Source of the DNA: Candidatus Bathyarchaeota archaeon
GTDB taxonomy: Archaea > Thermoproteota > Bathyarchaeia > Bathyarchaeales > Bathycorpusculaceae
Direction: 5' to 3'
NCBI GenBank assembly: GCA_963739305.1
Contig: CAVTZU010000036.1
Location: forward strand, 11,284-75,283
Length of the DNA stretch: 64,000 nucleotides
The translations under genes were made by a program, and so were the position numbers. This document shows, piece by piece, positions 18,801 through 28,687 of this stretch. The notes below the pieces were generated by a model. The model worked only from the letters and a program-made list of their open reading frames with translations. It did no database searches and was not told where the DNA came from. Numbering within the stretch: the stretch's first letter is position 1; each line of letters opens with the position of its first letter.

Positions 18801-19464
18801 CCTTTCCGAACGTAAAGGCTGAGGGGCATATCTTGTTCAGAACGCATATCTTGCACTTAGGCTTTCTTGCGGTGCATATCCTCCTTCCCAGGAATATGAG
18901 AAGATCTGTTATCCTCCTCCATTTTTCCTTGGGTACTATCTTCATAAGATCCTGTTCAATTTTGTCTGGATTCTTGTTTGCTGTGAGCCCAAGTCTCGCA
19001 GACACTCTGCGCACGTGAGTGTCCACCGCAATCCCCTCTACGACACCATATGCATTCTGCAGGACTATGTTTCCTGTCTTCCTTGCCACGCCTGGTAATT
19101 CGAGAATTTCTTCCATTGTCCTCGGAACTTTCGAATCGAATTTTTCAATTAGCATTTGTCCAGTTTTCTTGATGTTCTTTGCTTTGTTCCTGTAAAAACC
19201 TGTTGATCTTATGTCATGTTCAAGCTCAGTCAGGTTCGAATCTGCAAATTCTTCCGCTGTCCTATACTTCTTGAAAAGCGACTTCGTGACGATGTTCACT
19301 CTTTCATCTGTTGTCTGTGCGGAAAGGATTGTCGCGACCAGAAGCTCCAGTGGGCTAGAATAGTTCAAGGCTATCTTTGCATCCGAAAATTCCTTTTCCA
19401 GAAGAGCAATTATCTTCATACCTCTGCTCCTGTTCTCTTTTTCAGAATACTCGGTTTTCTTCAT
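18793..19464 (-). CDS. nth: endonuclease III
   Basis: LSAQTTD, LPGVARKT HhH, VDTHVRR, C-x6-C-x2-C-x5-C. Confidence 0.95.
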   Translation of the reverse strand: MKKTEYSEKENRSRGMKIIALLEKEFSDAKIALNYSSPLELLVATILSAQTTDERVNIVTKSLFKKYRTAEEFADSNLTELEHDIRSTGFYRNKAKNIKKTGQMLIEKFDSKVPRTMEEILELPGVARKTGNIVLQNAYGVVEGIAVDTHVRRVSARLGLTANKNPDKIEQDLMKIVPKEKWRRITDLLIFLGRRICTARKPKCKICVLNKICPSAFTFGKDE

Positions 19465-19563
19465 TTTTCCCTTGCCAATCTTCCTTTTGTTTTCTTGTGC
19501 TAGAAAAAGGTTTGCAGAAAGTTTTTACCCTAGGTCGTCGGTCTAAGACAGAGGTGTTGTCTT

Positions 19564-19713
19564 TTGGATGCCAAACTCCTGGTTGATGGCAAAGAAATAG
19601 TCTTGAATGATTTTGTCAATAGAATTCTCTGTGGCACGATCGTTGGAGCGGTGACCTCACTTCGTAACGTGAATGAAGACTGGAAAATAATCGAGATAAA
19701 GGTAACAAAATGA
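19564..19713 (+). CDS. small protein resembling the C-terminal domain of archaeal MobB (49 aa)
   Basis: Below cutoff. GAGGTG, 7 nt, then TTG; MDAKLLVDGKEIVLNDFVNRILCGTIVGAVTSLRNVNEDWKIIEIKVTK. Confidence 0.65.
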   Translation: MDAKLLVDGKEIVLNDFVNRILCGTIVGAVTSLRNVNEDWKIIEIKVTK

Positions 19714-19725
19714 TGATGCTTTTCT

Positions 19726-20274
19726 CTAACCTTTTGCACTTATTTCTATTTGCGCAAACATTTCTCTTTTAGCCTTGCATATCGGGCAGACATACGGCGG
19801 ATTTTCTCTGAAAACCACATAGCCGCACTGTCTACAGTACCATAATTTCTTCTTGACTTCGACGGGTTGCTCCGGCAGCTTTGTTTCAGACAGTTTCACG
19901 TCCGGCGAGGGAGTACCAGCTTGGGAAGAAGCAGCGTATGCTCTTGCTTGTATTTCAGGAGGTCTGCGTTCGGGGATAGGAGTGATGGGTGTTTTGCCTT
20001 CGTACAGGTCTTTTCTCATATAAAGTGCGCAATAGCAGGCTCCAAACTCTGCTACGTCAGGGTCTCGATAGTCGCAGGGGCATATTATGTCCCTGTCCAG
20101 TTCCAGCTTACCTGATGCTACTCTGCAAGGACAAGATGGGTAACCATACCTTTCCTCGTTCCGCTTAAGTCCTTCCAGCAAATCGTTAAGGAACTCGGGG
20201 TCCGGGTGCAAGTAGTACCCGTAGGTTTTGGCGTCGGCTTCGACTCTCTGTCGAACTTTCTCCAGCGTAATCAA
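19726..20274 (-). CDS. ferredoxin:thioredoxin/disulfide reductase catalytic subunit with C-terminal rubredoxin-like domain
   Basis: CPCR, CPC, CYC FTR motifs; CRQCGY...CPIC. Confidence 0.9.
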   Translation of the reverse strand: MITLEKVRQRVEADAKTYGYYLHPDPEFLNDLLEGLKRNEERYGYPSCPCRVASGKLELDRDIICPCDYRDPDVAEFGACYCALYMRKDLYEGKTPITPIPERRPPEIQARAYAASSQAGTPSPDVKLSETKLPEQPVEVKKKLWYCRQCGYVVFRENPPYVCPICKAKREMFAQIEISAKG

Positions 20275-20555
20275 AGATCCAAGGCCTCTTTGATTAGGTC
20301 TTTGCGGAAACCGGTAATTACCTTCTTGTTGTCCACGATTATCGTTGGATAGCTTGGCTCGCTCCCTCTTTCAATTAGGTCTCGTCTGATTTTCTCGTGA
20401 TCTTCGTCGTTTGCTAGATCGACATCAACGTATTCATATTCAACGCCGTTTTCGTTCAGAAATTTCTTGGTCATCTTGCACCATGCGCAAGTGCTAAGGG
20501 CATACATCAAAACTTTGTGCTTGCTGTTTTTGCCTGCGACTTTTACCTTGTCCAT
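20271..20555 (-). CDS. glutaredoxin/NrdH-like redoxin
   Basis: CAWC, SYPT, ITGF; overlaps the FTR start. Confidence 0.9.
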   Translation of the reverse strand: MDKVKVAGKNSKHKVLMYALSTCAWCKMTKKFLNENGVEYEYVDVDLANDEDHEKIRRDLIERGSEPSYPTIIVDNKKVITGFRKDLIKEALDL

Positions 20556-20929
20556 CTTCTCACCCTCCATCTGCATTGACCGTTATCTAACGCTTAGTCA
20601 TATAATAGTTTGGCGTAGATGTCTGTAGGCTTTTCCAAGTTGCCGAATGAATCGTAAACGAATCTTGACGTTGATCTGGTTCAACTCTATTGATTTTCAG
20701 TGTTTTACCGTTCAGGCTGAACCGACCACGATGAATCTGCTTCTTCCATGAATTTGTACCGAATAGCTTGTGAAAAGTTCAACTGTGGCATCGAAGGGTG
20801 CACTCAGAACCGTGTGGTTCATGACCTCGAAAATCTCCGCGTATGTTTGCGAGTATTGACTTAGAGGTTCTTGGAGATGAGTGTTCCAGAAAAGGCTTAA
20901 TACATCGTTGACATTAGACAAAAAAGTAG

Positions 20930-21898
20930 GTGGATCTGTTGGACAGTGAACCCATTTTCAAGAAGATATTGTTTCTCACTGATGGTTCAGCGCCTTCACT
21001 TTCAGCTCAAGAACTGACCATTCAATTGGCCAAGAAAATGAAGGCTGAGGTAACTGTTTTCCACATTGTGACTCATGAATTGATGAGACCGATTGTTCAA
21101 GACTTTCTCGTTCAGAGTCGTGGGGTTCCAGAATCTGCAGATAGCGAACCTGGACTTATCATGGGCTCAGAGGTTTCTTTAGGCAGGAAGACCCCGACGT
21201 CTACTGGTTCACATTATGGAGAACGAGTAGAAGGAGAAATCACGAGCATATATCGTCAAGAGGGAGAGGATATTGTTGCAGATTCAGCGCGAACGTTCAA
21301 GGAAGAGGGAATTCAAGCCGAACCGCGAATAGTTGTGCACAAGAACATAGTCCAGGCTGTAATGGAAGAGATTGAACGAGAAAACTACGATCTCATCGTG
21401 ATCGGGCGTAGCGGACACAAAGAAAGTGAGTCGCGATTGGGAACTGTTGCAGAAAAAGTGTCACGCCGTTCCGAAATACCTGTCTTGATAGCTGGTGAAC
21501 GGAAAACTATTGTGCGACTGCTTGTGCCACTGGATGGTTCCAAGAGTTCAGAAAAAGCCCTCGCATACGCTTCATCGTTGGCGAAGAAAATGGACGGAAA
21601 GTTGACTTTGCTACACGTCCAAGAATCACGACTTTTCCGCTCGCGTCCAAAATTGACCGAAGCTATTGGAAAGAACATCCTATCTGACGCTAGCGGGAAA
21701 CTGAAGGATATCAGCTTTGACCAGAAAATGGAGACAGGAGATCCGGCTAGGAAAATAACTGATATGGCCGAGAAAGAGAACTTCGACCTGATAGTCTTGG
21801 GAAACAGCGGTCACAGTTCCTTGGGAAGATCTTCGCTTGGTGGTGTGACCAACCATGTGTTACATTACACGAGACAAGCAGTTCTTATCGTGAAATAA
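20930..21898 (+). CDS. universal stress protein (two USP domains)
   Basis: TDGS..., DLIVIGRSG..LGTVAEKV; PLDGS..., DLIVLG..LGGVTNHV. Confidence 0.92.
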   Translation: MDLLDSEPIFKKILFLTDGSAPSLSAQELTIQLAKKMKAEVTVFHIVTHELMRPIVQDFLVQSRGVPESADSEPGLIMGSEVSLGRKTPTSTGSHYGERVEGEITSIYRQEGEDIVADSARTFKEEGIQAEPRIVVHKNIVQAVMEEIERENYDLIVIGRSGHKESESRLGTVAEKVSRRSEIPVLIAGERKTIVRLLVPLDGSKSSEKALAYASSLAKKMDGKLTLLHVQESRLFRSRPKLTEAIGKNILSDASGKLKDISFDQKMETGDPARKITDMAEKENFDLIVLGNSGHSSLGRSSLGGVTNHVLHYTRQAVLIVK

Positions 21899-22075
21899 GC
21901 CTCAAATAAGGAGCGGACCCGCAGCAAACCTCCCTTCGCAAGACGGCTTTGATATCGACTCGATAGAATGTTCAAGCCTTGAGACCGCTTTTCAAGAACT
22001 AGACTTGAAATGTTGCACGCGTCACCTACAAACGTTTTCGCAACAATTGACTCAGTGTCGAAAGTAGAGGCGTGA

Positions 22076-22264
22076 TTAGCCGCCGTAGCGTCCTAAGATA
22101 TAGAAGAATACGATGACAGCTACTAGGTACGCCGCTATGAAGCCAAAGAACACGCCTAATTTCGGAGAGACATTTGCCTGTGCATACCATGCTATTGATC
22201 CGAAGCCTATTAGGACTATGACCGCTGCAAAGTACTTTAGGTTCGCTTTTAGTCCAGTACTCAT
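22076..22264 (-). CDS. small 2-TM membrane protein
   Basis: ATG after GAGGG; two hydrophobic segments. Confidence 0.55.
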   Translation of the reverse strand: MSTGLKANLKYFAAVIVLIGFGSIAWYAQANVSPKLGVFFGFIAAYLVAVIVFFYILGRYGG

Positions 22265-22397
22265 CTTCCAACCCTCTTTTTGTGGTATACCCACTGCATT
22301 TCAACTAATATCTCTGACGGTTAAGAGTGCATAAACCGTTGACGTATCGCTCTATTTAGCCTCTTCGCCGTTTCTCTTCGCAACGGATGTTGATGCA

Positions 22398-23012
22398 CTA
22401 CTTCAATGCTGCGTCGAGTCTTTTGCCAATTTCATTCCAGTTGACGATATTCCAGAATGCTTCGACAAATTTGCCTCGATCGTTCTTGTAATCAACGTAG
22501 TACGCGTGTTCAAAAACGTCTAAAACCATTAGAATCTTGTATGTAGGGTACACGTTGGTGTTGTGTTTCTCTATTTGCATTATCAGCGGTCTGTTGGTCT
22601 GAGTGCACCTCGCCAGTGCTGCCCAGCCTGAGCCTTCTACGCTGGTTGCTGCCATTGTAAATTCTTTCTTGAACCGGTCGAAGCTTCCGAATTCCTTCTC
22701 TAACCAGTCGCCTAGCTTCCCGCCAGGTTTTCCTCCCGCTTTGTTTGGCGCTGCCATGTTTTCCCAATATAGAGAGTGTAGAATGTGTCCTCCAATGTTC
22801 CATGATAATTCTTTTAGAGTGGATTTGATGTCGACGTCGACGTTCTCCTTTCTTGCCTTGTCAAGCCTTTGCAGTATCGCGTTTGCTCCGTTTACGTATG
22901 CCTGGTGATGTTTGTCGTGATGAATCGTGAGCTGCTCCTTGGACATGTGCGGTTCCAAAGCGGCATAGTCGTAGGGCAGTTTTGGCAACGAGTAAGACAT
23001 GTTTTGTTCCAT
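22398..23012 (-). CDS. sod: Fe/Mn superoxide dismutase
   Basis: HHDKHH, GGHILH, GSGW, DVFEHAYY. Confidence 0.96.
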   Translation of the reverse strand: MEQNMSYSLPKLPYDYAALEPHMSKEQLTIHHDKHHQAYVNGANAILQRLDKARKENVDVDIKSTLKELSWNIGGHILHSLYWENMAAPNKAGGKPGGKLGDWLEKEFGSFDRFKKEFTMAATSVEGSGWAALARCTQTNRPLIMQIEKHNTNVYPTYKILMVLDVFEHAYYVDYKNDRGKFVEAFWNIVNWNEIGKRLDAALK

Positions 23013-23146
23013 ACTCTTTCCTCCTTTTTTAGACAGCTATTCCTCTTGAATTTTAAGTTTTCGTTCTGCCCAACGACCGCATCAAAATGCTATTTAATAT
23101 GGAATTAGTACATCATAAGCTAGGTTTCAAAAATGGGTGGGTTAGT

Positions 23147-23458
23147 TTGCCAATAGACCCTGAGTTCCAGAAGAAATGCAAGATCATAGGTCAACATCAA
23201 GGTCACGATGTCTGGGGGCCCATAAGCCCTCCTCAGAAGCAAGGCATACACGGAACTGATGTCGCAGTCGATTGGGATGTCTGTACTGGAGACGGTGTTT
23301 GCATCGACGTGTGTCCAGTGACAGTGTTCGACTGGGCTGATGCTAAAGGACATCCAACTTCCGAGAAGAAATCTGACCCTGTACGCGAAAAGGATTGCAT
23401 AAAGTGCTTGGCATGCGAGACTCAATGCCCAGTTCAAGCGATCAAAATCACGCAGTAG
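23147..23458 (+). CDS. zfx: zinc-containing dicluster ferredoxin (Zfx type)
   Basis: PIDP..HQGH.VWGP..GIHGT N-terminal extension; CTGDGVCIDVCP and CIKCLACETQCP. Confidence 0.85.
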   Translation: MPIDPEFQKKCKIIGQHQGHDVWGPISPPQKQGIHGTDVAVDWDVCTGDGVCIDVCPVTVFDWADAKGHPTSEKKSDPVREKDCIKCLACETQCPVQAIKITQ

Positions 23459-23569
23459 GCTCTAGAGTCCGTAAAAATTCAGTTCTTGTTTCAGTTTCGC
23501 GATGTATGAAACTAATCTTTGCGAAAGTTTTTTTATTCCTTTGTTAAGGCTCTATTGTGTGAGGGAAAC

Positions 23570-23809
23570 ATGATGAAAAACAAGCCGGATAGAACTCTCG
23601 ATTGTTTGGGTCTGTATTGTCCCGAACCCGTCTTCAAGACAAGGCTGGAACTCGATGAAATGAAGGTCGGGGAGATGCTTGAGGTTTTGGCAGACGATCC
23701 AGCGGCTGAGTCTGACATCAGAAGCCTTGTGAAGAATTTGGGACAGGAGTTGATTGGCGTTACTAAGAAAGGTGATGCTGTTCAAATACTAATCAAGAAG
23801 GTAAGTTAG
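23570..23809 (+). CDS. tusA: TusA-family sulfur carrier
   Basis: LDCLGLYCPEP, LADDP. Confidence 0.9.
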   Translation: MMKNKPDRTLDCLGLYCPEPVFKTRLELDEMKVGEMLEVLADDPAAESDIRSLVKNLGQELIGVTKKGDAVQILIKKVS

Positions 23810-23833
23810 AAAATTGAAAAGGAAGTGAGATAA

Positions 23834-24205
23834 ATGAGTCAAAAGAAAAAGAAAATACTATATGTTCAGACAAGTGGTGTCGACAACCCTGAAAGAGCCT
23901 ATTCACCCTTTGTCCTCGCTACGACAGCTGCTATGATGAACCTGGAGGCGACCGTTTACTTCGTGATAAAAGGCGTCACGCTCGTGAAGAAGGGAGAAGC
24001 TGAAAAAATCAAGATGGGCAGTTTCCCAACTCTCAAAGAGGTCATGGATCAGGCAGTGAAGGCAGGAGTCAAACTCGCCGTCTGTGAACAAAGCTGCGGA
24101 CTACTGGGAATACCACGTGGAGCCTTCACGAACGAAGCCAAGGTTGTCGGTGCAGCAACTCTGAACGATCTAGCACTTGAAGCTGATGCTGTACTGTGCT
24201 TCTGA
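23834..24205 (+). CDS. DsrE/DsrF-like protein
   Basis: PF.LA, F..KGV, GVKLAVCEQS, VVGAAT. Confidence 0.85.
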   Translation: MSQKKKKILYVQTSGVDNPERAYSPFVLATTAAMMNLEATVYFVIKGVTLVKKGEAEKIKMGSFPTLKEVMDQAVKAGVKLAVCEQSCGLLGIPRGAFTNEAKVVGAATLNDLALEADAVLCF

Positions 24206-24216
24206 GTGAGACTGGG

Positions 24217-25401
24217 ATGACGACGACTCGACGGATCAACCTGGATCATGCAGCAGGCAAAACAGTGGATCTACGTGTGATAGAGGCAATGCTGCCGTAC
24301 ATGGAATCATCGTATGGAAACCCCTCTTCCATACACACGATGGGACAAGAGGCCAAGCGTGCACTTGAAGAAGCAAGATCCGAAGTTGCGGCGTTGATCA
24401 ATGCCGAAAAGAAAGAGTCGATAATCTTTACCTCGGGGGCAACTGAAAGCAACAACTTGGCAATTAAAGGCGTTGCAAACCGGAACAAGGACCGCGGAAC
24501 TCGCCTTATCACTTCAAGCGTGGAACACATGTCCGTCGTAAACTCAATCAAATACCTAAGCACAAAAGGGTTTGAAAGCATATTTCTTCCAGTTGACAAG
24601 TACGGCTTCGTGAACCTCGAACTGCTCGAGAGAGAGGTGAATGATAAGACAACACTTGTCTCCGTCGTGTACGCGAACAGCGAGATAGGAACGATTGAGC
24701 CCATAAAGGAAATCAGCAAGATTGCCCACGCCAAAAATGCTTACTTACACGTTGATGCCACCGCCGCTTGCGGACAAGTCTCCATAGACGTGAAAGATGA
24801 AGGAATAGACCTGTTGACCGTCTCCTCGAATGACATGTATGGCCCAAAAGGTGTCGGAGCTCTCTACGTCAAAGAGGGAATACGTCTGGAACCACAGCTT
24901 CACGGCGGAGGACAGGAACGGGGCGTGAGATCTGGAACAGAAAACCTTCCTGGGATAGTTGGATTGGGCAAAGCAGCCGAAATAAGGAAGAATGAAATGC
25001 AAACCGAAAGCCCAAGACTTGTCAAGCTGAGAGACAGAATGATTAATGGTCTAACCAAACCAATTCCTTATTCTTTCTTGAATGGACACACAACCAAACG
25101 TTTACCCGACAACGTCTCAGTGAGGTACAGCTTCATAGAAGGCGAATCAATGCTCCTAAGCCTCGACCTGGAAGGCGTGTTTGCATCTTCAGGCTCAGCC
25201 TGCACCGCAAAAACTCTTGAACCGTCACACGTCCTTCTGGCTACTGGTCTGAAGCATGAGGAAGCGCACGGTTCTCTAATGTTCACACTAGGCAAGGAAA
25301 ACACTGAGGAAGAAATTGATTATGCCGCAGGCCTGATGCCGGGTATAGTGAAACGGTTAAGAGCAATGTCGCCCTTAACACCAAAAGAGTTGAACCAGTG
25401 A
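24217..25401 (+). CDS. iscS: cysteine desulfurase (IscS/NifS)
   Basis: LDHAA, FTSGATESNN, HVDA, SSGSACT. The PLP-lysine motif reads SSNDMYGPKG (see findings). Confidence 0.85.
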   Translation: MTTTRRINLDHAAGKTVDLRVIEAMLPYMESSYGNPSSIHTMGQEAKRALEEARSEVAALINAEKKESIIFTSGATESNNLAIKGVANRNKDRGTRLITSSVEHMSVVNSIKYLSTKGFESIFLPVDKYGFVNLELLEREVNDKTTLVSVVYANSEIGTIEPIKEISKIAHAKNAYLHVDATAACGQVSIDVKDEGIDLLTVSSNDMYGPKGVGALYVKEGIRLEPQLHGGGQERGVRSGTENLPGIVGLGKAAEIRKNEMQTESPRLVKLRDRMINGLTKPIPYSFLNGHTTKRLPDNVSVRYSFIEGESMLLSLDLEGVFASSGSACTAKTLEPSHVLLATGLKHEEAHGSLMFTLGKENTEEEIDYAAGLMPGIVKRLRAMSPLTPKELNQ

Positions 25402-25784
25402 TGTACAGCCAGAAAGTCATGGATCACTTCAAGAATCCACGCAACATGGGGGAAATCCCGGACGCAGACGGCGTCGGAACCGTTGGCAATCCCGTTTGTG
25501 GAGACTTGATGACCATATACATAAAGGTAAAGGACAATCGTCTCGAAGATATAAAGTTCAAGACATTCGGCTGCGGTTCAGCGATAGCCACGAGCAGCAT
25601 GATTACAGAGCTGGCTAAAGGAAAGACTTTGGAAGAAGGGCTGAAGATAACGCGTGGAAACGTGGCGGATGAACTCGGCGGGTTGCCTCCCGTCAAAATG
25701 CATTGCTCCAACCTTGCGGCGGACGCATTGCACGCTGCGATAGAAGATTACTATAAGAAGCAGAAAGCAAAAGAGGTGAAGTGA
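25398..25784 (+). CDS. iscU: Fe-S scaffold IscU/NifU
   Basis: GNPVCGD, FGCGSAIA, LPPVKMHCS. Confidence 0.95.
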   Translation: MMYSQKVMDHFKNPRNMGEIPDADGVGTVGNPVCGDLMTIYIKVKDNRLEDIKFKTFGCGSAIATSSMITELAKGKTLEEGLKITRGNVADELGGLPPVKMHCSNLAADALHAAIEDYYKKQKAKEVK

Positions 25785-25975
25785 TGAACCCAGAATTTGT
25801 CAGATGTGAATACTGCAAAATCGAGATTCCATCAGAAACTTGCAAGCTTGCAGCACACACGACCAAGATTGATGGAAAAGAATACACGTTCTGTTGTGCC
25901 AGCTGCGCCGGAAGGTACATGGAGAGGATAGGGAAAACAAAACAAGGGAAGAAATCCACCAAGAAAAACGTCTGA
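25781..25975 (+). CDS. TRASH/YHS-like metal-binding protein
   Basis: CEYC...IDGKEYTFCCASC. Confidence 0.75.
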   Translation: MMNPEFVRCEYCKIEIPSETCKLAAHTTKIDGKEYTFCCASCAGRYMERIGKTKQGKKSTKKNV

Positions 25976-26046
25976 TCGGGCTAGAAGCATAATTGTGAAC
26001 TGACTAGTTAAGACAAGGCTTCGAAAAAGCGCGCGCGTTGGATATT

Positions 26047-26871
26047 CTACTTTTTCTTTTCTATTGGTTCTTGTGATCTTTTTCGTAGCGACACGTCTCC
26101 TGCAAGAAAGTGTTTCGACGTGCCATTTTTGAGCCTTAAGATCAGGCGTCCTTCTTCATCTACGTCTTCAGCAACGCCAGTAATCGATTTTCCATGATCT
26201 ATGACTCGAACCTCTCGACCCAGAAAGCTCGCGTGTTTTTTCCATACCGCAAGAATGCTAGCAAAACCTGACTCCGTATAAGTATCATAGTCGGCTTCCA
26301 ACCTCTCCAAAAGTGCTCCCAGAAGGTCCTCGAGCCGAATTTTCCTGCCTAACTCAGTCTCAATCGAGGAGGCATTGGCCGCAATTGAATCTGGCAACGA
26401 CTTGTAGGCGTCAAAGTTGGCATTTATGCCTATCCCCAGTATTACGAAGTTGACTTTTTCACCCTTTGAATTCGCCTCACCAAGTATGCCGCAGATTTTT
26501 CGTCCGTTAACAAGAATATCGTTTGGCCACTTGGTTTCAATTCTTAGACCGTAGAGTCTTTTCAGCGTTTCAGCCGCTGACAAACCCGCCAAGACGGTTA
26601 GTTTAGGCACGTCGGCAGGACGCATTCTAGGTCTAAGAATTATCGAAAACCATAACCCTCCGATTGGAGAGGCCCACGTTCTTCTCAGCCTTCCTCGGCC
26701 TGATGATTGAGTGGCGGCGATTGTGATTGTTCCTTCCTTGGCGCCTGACATTGCAAGCTGTTTGGCCCACTCATTGGTGGAACCGGTCTCTTCGATCGAG
26801 AATATGCTTCTTCCAAAGGACTTGGTCTTTAGGCATCGACGAAGTCGGTCCAAGTTCAAGGTAACAGGCAA
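26047..26871 (-). CDS. birA: biotin-protein ligase
   Basis: STN, QSSGRGR, KWPND, KICGIL, GIGIN. Confidence 0.93.
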   Translation of the reverse strand: MPVTLNLDRLRRCLKTKSFGRSIFSIEETGSTNEWAKQLAMSGAKEGTITIAATQSSGRGRLRRTWASPIGGLWFSIILRPRMRPADVPKLTVLAGLSAAETLKRLYGLRIETKWPNDILVNGRKICGILGEANSKGEKVNFVILGIGINANFDAYKSLPDSIAANASSIETELGRKIRLEDLLGALLERLEADYDTYTESGFASILAVWKKHASFLGREVRVIDHGKSITGVAEDVDEEGRLILRLKNGTSKHFLAGDVSLRKRSQEPIEKKK

Positions 26872-27013
26872 TTTCAGTCAACCTGGACTGGTTATGCGAA
26901 CCCGAAGAATAACGTTACCTCAGGCTGGAGGGAATTTTAGCCCTCAGATCGTGATGCTCGTCAAGCATTTAAGTTCGCTTGGCTTCTGTAACTCTGTGGA
27001 AGCGGGTGGATGA

Positions 27014-27874
27014 TTGTTCAACATCTTCCAGATTGATGTCTCCCTTCTTTCGACCTCTGTTGTTCTCCTAATAATGGGCGGCGTCGCGGTTGTCTTTGCA
27101 CTGATGCTTCGTCAAAAATCCCACGCGTTAGGAAGACTGCCAAAGAATCTTTCGGTCAGAGTCTTTGACAGAACCTTCAACGTTTTTGACCCCTCCAGCG
27201 AGCGCCGGCGAATCATCAACAGCCACACAGGACTCGTCATTTTTGTTGCCGTTTATGGCTCCTGGATTGCCACTATTTATGTGGTGTTCAAGGCTTTTGA
27301 AGTTGGCGCCATACTGGGCTCGATTGCTTTCTTGATTTGTGCCGCCCTGCTCATGATTGACGAGACTCAAGAGTTCTACAGAAACGCTGGGATTTTCGTG
27401 AAAGCCATCGCAAAGGGAAATGGCCTCGGGAGAGGGGACATGCGAGTTTTGACTGTCATGAAGAAGACTTTGCCAAGACTCAGTAAATACCATCTTGTTC
27501 TGGCAGTTTTTTTCTTCGCTTCTGCTTTTGCAGTTCCCTTCTTGGTTGATGCGGTCTTTCTGGCAACTGCAGGCGTCGCGTCCGCCGTGTTTGCTGTGAG
27601 CCTCGTTTTCAAAGCATTTCCGATATTTCCTTTCTTTGTCATCGCGGGCATGTTTGCGGCGGCTGTGGTGCTGGCCCAAATCGCAGTGAATAAGACGAAG
27701 AAGAGGGTTTTCGGTTTTCCTCCTCCTGTTCCAATAGACGTCGAGAGTAGACAGTTCTTTCGCATGAAAATGTACGTGGGGATTTTGCATCATCACCCGA
27801 CACTTCGTGAGCCATTGCCCGAGGATACTGAGAACGTCAATAGACAAGATCTTGACGAACACTCGGAACACTAG
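27014..27874 (+). CDS. multi-pass membrane hypothetical protein
   Basis: 286 aa with about 6 hydrophobic segments. Confidence 0.7.
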   Translation: MFNIFQIDVSLLSTSVVLLIMGGVAVVFALMLRQKSHALGRLPKNLSVRVFDRTFNVFDPSSERRRIINSHTGLVIFVAVYGSWIATIYVVFKAFEVGAILGSIAFLICAALLMIDETQEFYRNAGIFVKAIAKGNGLGRGDMRVLTVMKKTLPRLSKYHLVLAVFFFASAFAVPFLVDAVFLATAGVASAVFAVSLVFKAFPIFPFFVIAGMFAAAVVLAQIAVNKTKKRVFGFPPPVPIDVESRQFFRMKMYVGILHHHPTLREPLPEDTENVNRQDLDEHSEH

Positions 27875-27990
27875 CTCTGCACCTGAATGTCCTTTCGCCA
27901 AAGGCGCTTTTTCTTTGTTTCTCCTTTGCAGTTTGGAACACCTACAGGGAAAAAGAAATTATATTAACACGGACACGGAAGTTCTAAGCT

Positions 27991-28266
27991 ATGCCTGACA
28001 AAGTCCATTGTGCTCACGTTCTAGTGAGAACGGAACAAGAAGCCAAGACCGTCGTCGAGCGGCTTAACAAGGGCGAGAAGTTCGCGAACGTCGCGAGAGA
28101 AGTCTCATTGTGCCCTTCGGGAAAGCGAGGCGGAGACCTCGGGACCTTCACGAGGGGAAAAATGGTCAGAGAATTTGAGACAGCTGCTTTTGCACTTCAG
28201 AAAGGACAGACTTCGTCCACTGTGAAAACGAAATTCGGTTACCACATTATCAAGCGTCTCGAATAA
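27991..28266 (+). CDS. ppiC: parvulin-type peptidyl-prolyl isomerase
   Basis: HVLV, CPSGKRGGDLG, MVREFE, FGYHII. Confidence 0.93.
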   Translation: MPDKVHCAHVLVRTEQEAKTVVERLNKGEKFANVAREVSLCPSGKRGGDLGTFTRGKMVREFETAAFALQKGQTSSTVKTKFGYHIIKRLE

Positions 28267-28310
28267 ACACGGACAAGAAACTGTGGCTTCTGCTGACTAG
28301 CATGCGCTAA

Positions 28311-28499
28311 TCATGTTCGAGTCAGGATCCTTTTTGCGGTCCATGCAGCGGGCATGATTTTTCCGTCGCTTGGGATCGTTTGGCTAGACGTTAGAACTGC
28401 AATAGCGACTGCCACTATCATCACTACCAAGATTACGGCTAAAGTCGCCGCTAGACACGCGATCAGAATCCTTTTCTTTGAAGCCATTTCTCTTTCCAT
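28311..28499 (-). CDS. short signal-anchor protein (possibly a truncated secreted protein)
   Basis: Basic n-region, long hydrophobic helix, short tail SSQTIPSDGKI. Confidence 0.45.
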   Translation of the reverse strand: MEREMASKKRILIACLAATLAVILVVMIVAVAIAVLTSSQTIPSDGKIMPAAWTAKRILTRT

Positions 28500-28687
28500 C
28501 TGGTTCGTGTCTTACTTCAAATCTTAATAACAATTAAGAAATGGAAATTCGGACTGATAATTCATATTCACAGTCAACTTATGTGACCTGTGAAGACGTT
28601 CTGCAACGACGGATAAGGCTCGGGACGAGAACAATGGCTTTTCCAGATACTGGCTTTCTCCTCGCGCTCTGCTTCTCTTGTTGGATT

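Noticed and set aside
20712-20921. 69-aa ORF in the glutaredoxin-USP gap
   Set aside because: No SD or motif, and it overlaps the probable USP promoter.
27128-27901. 257-aa antisense ORF
   Set aside because: Shadow of the plus-strand membrane protein.
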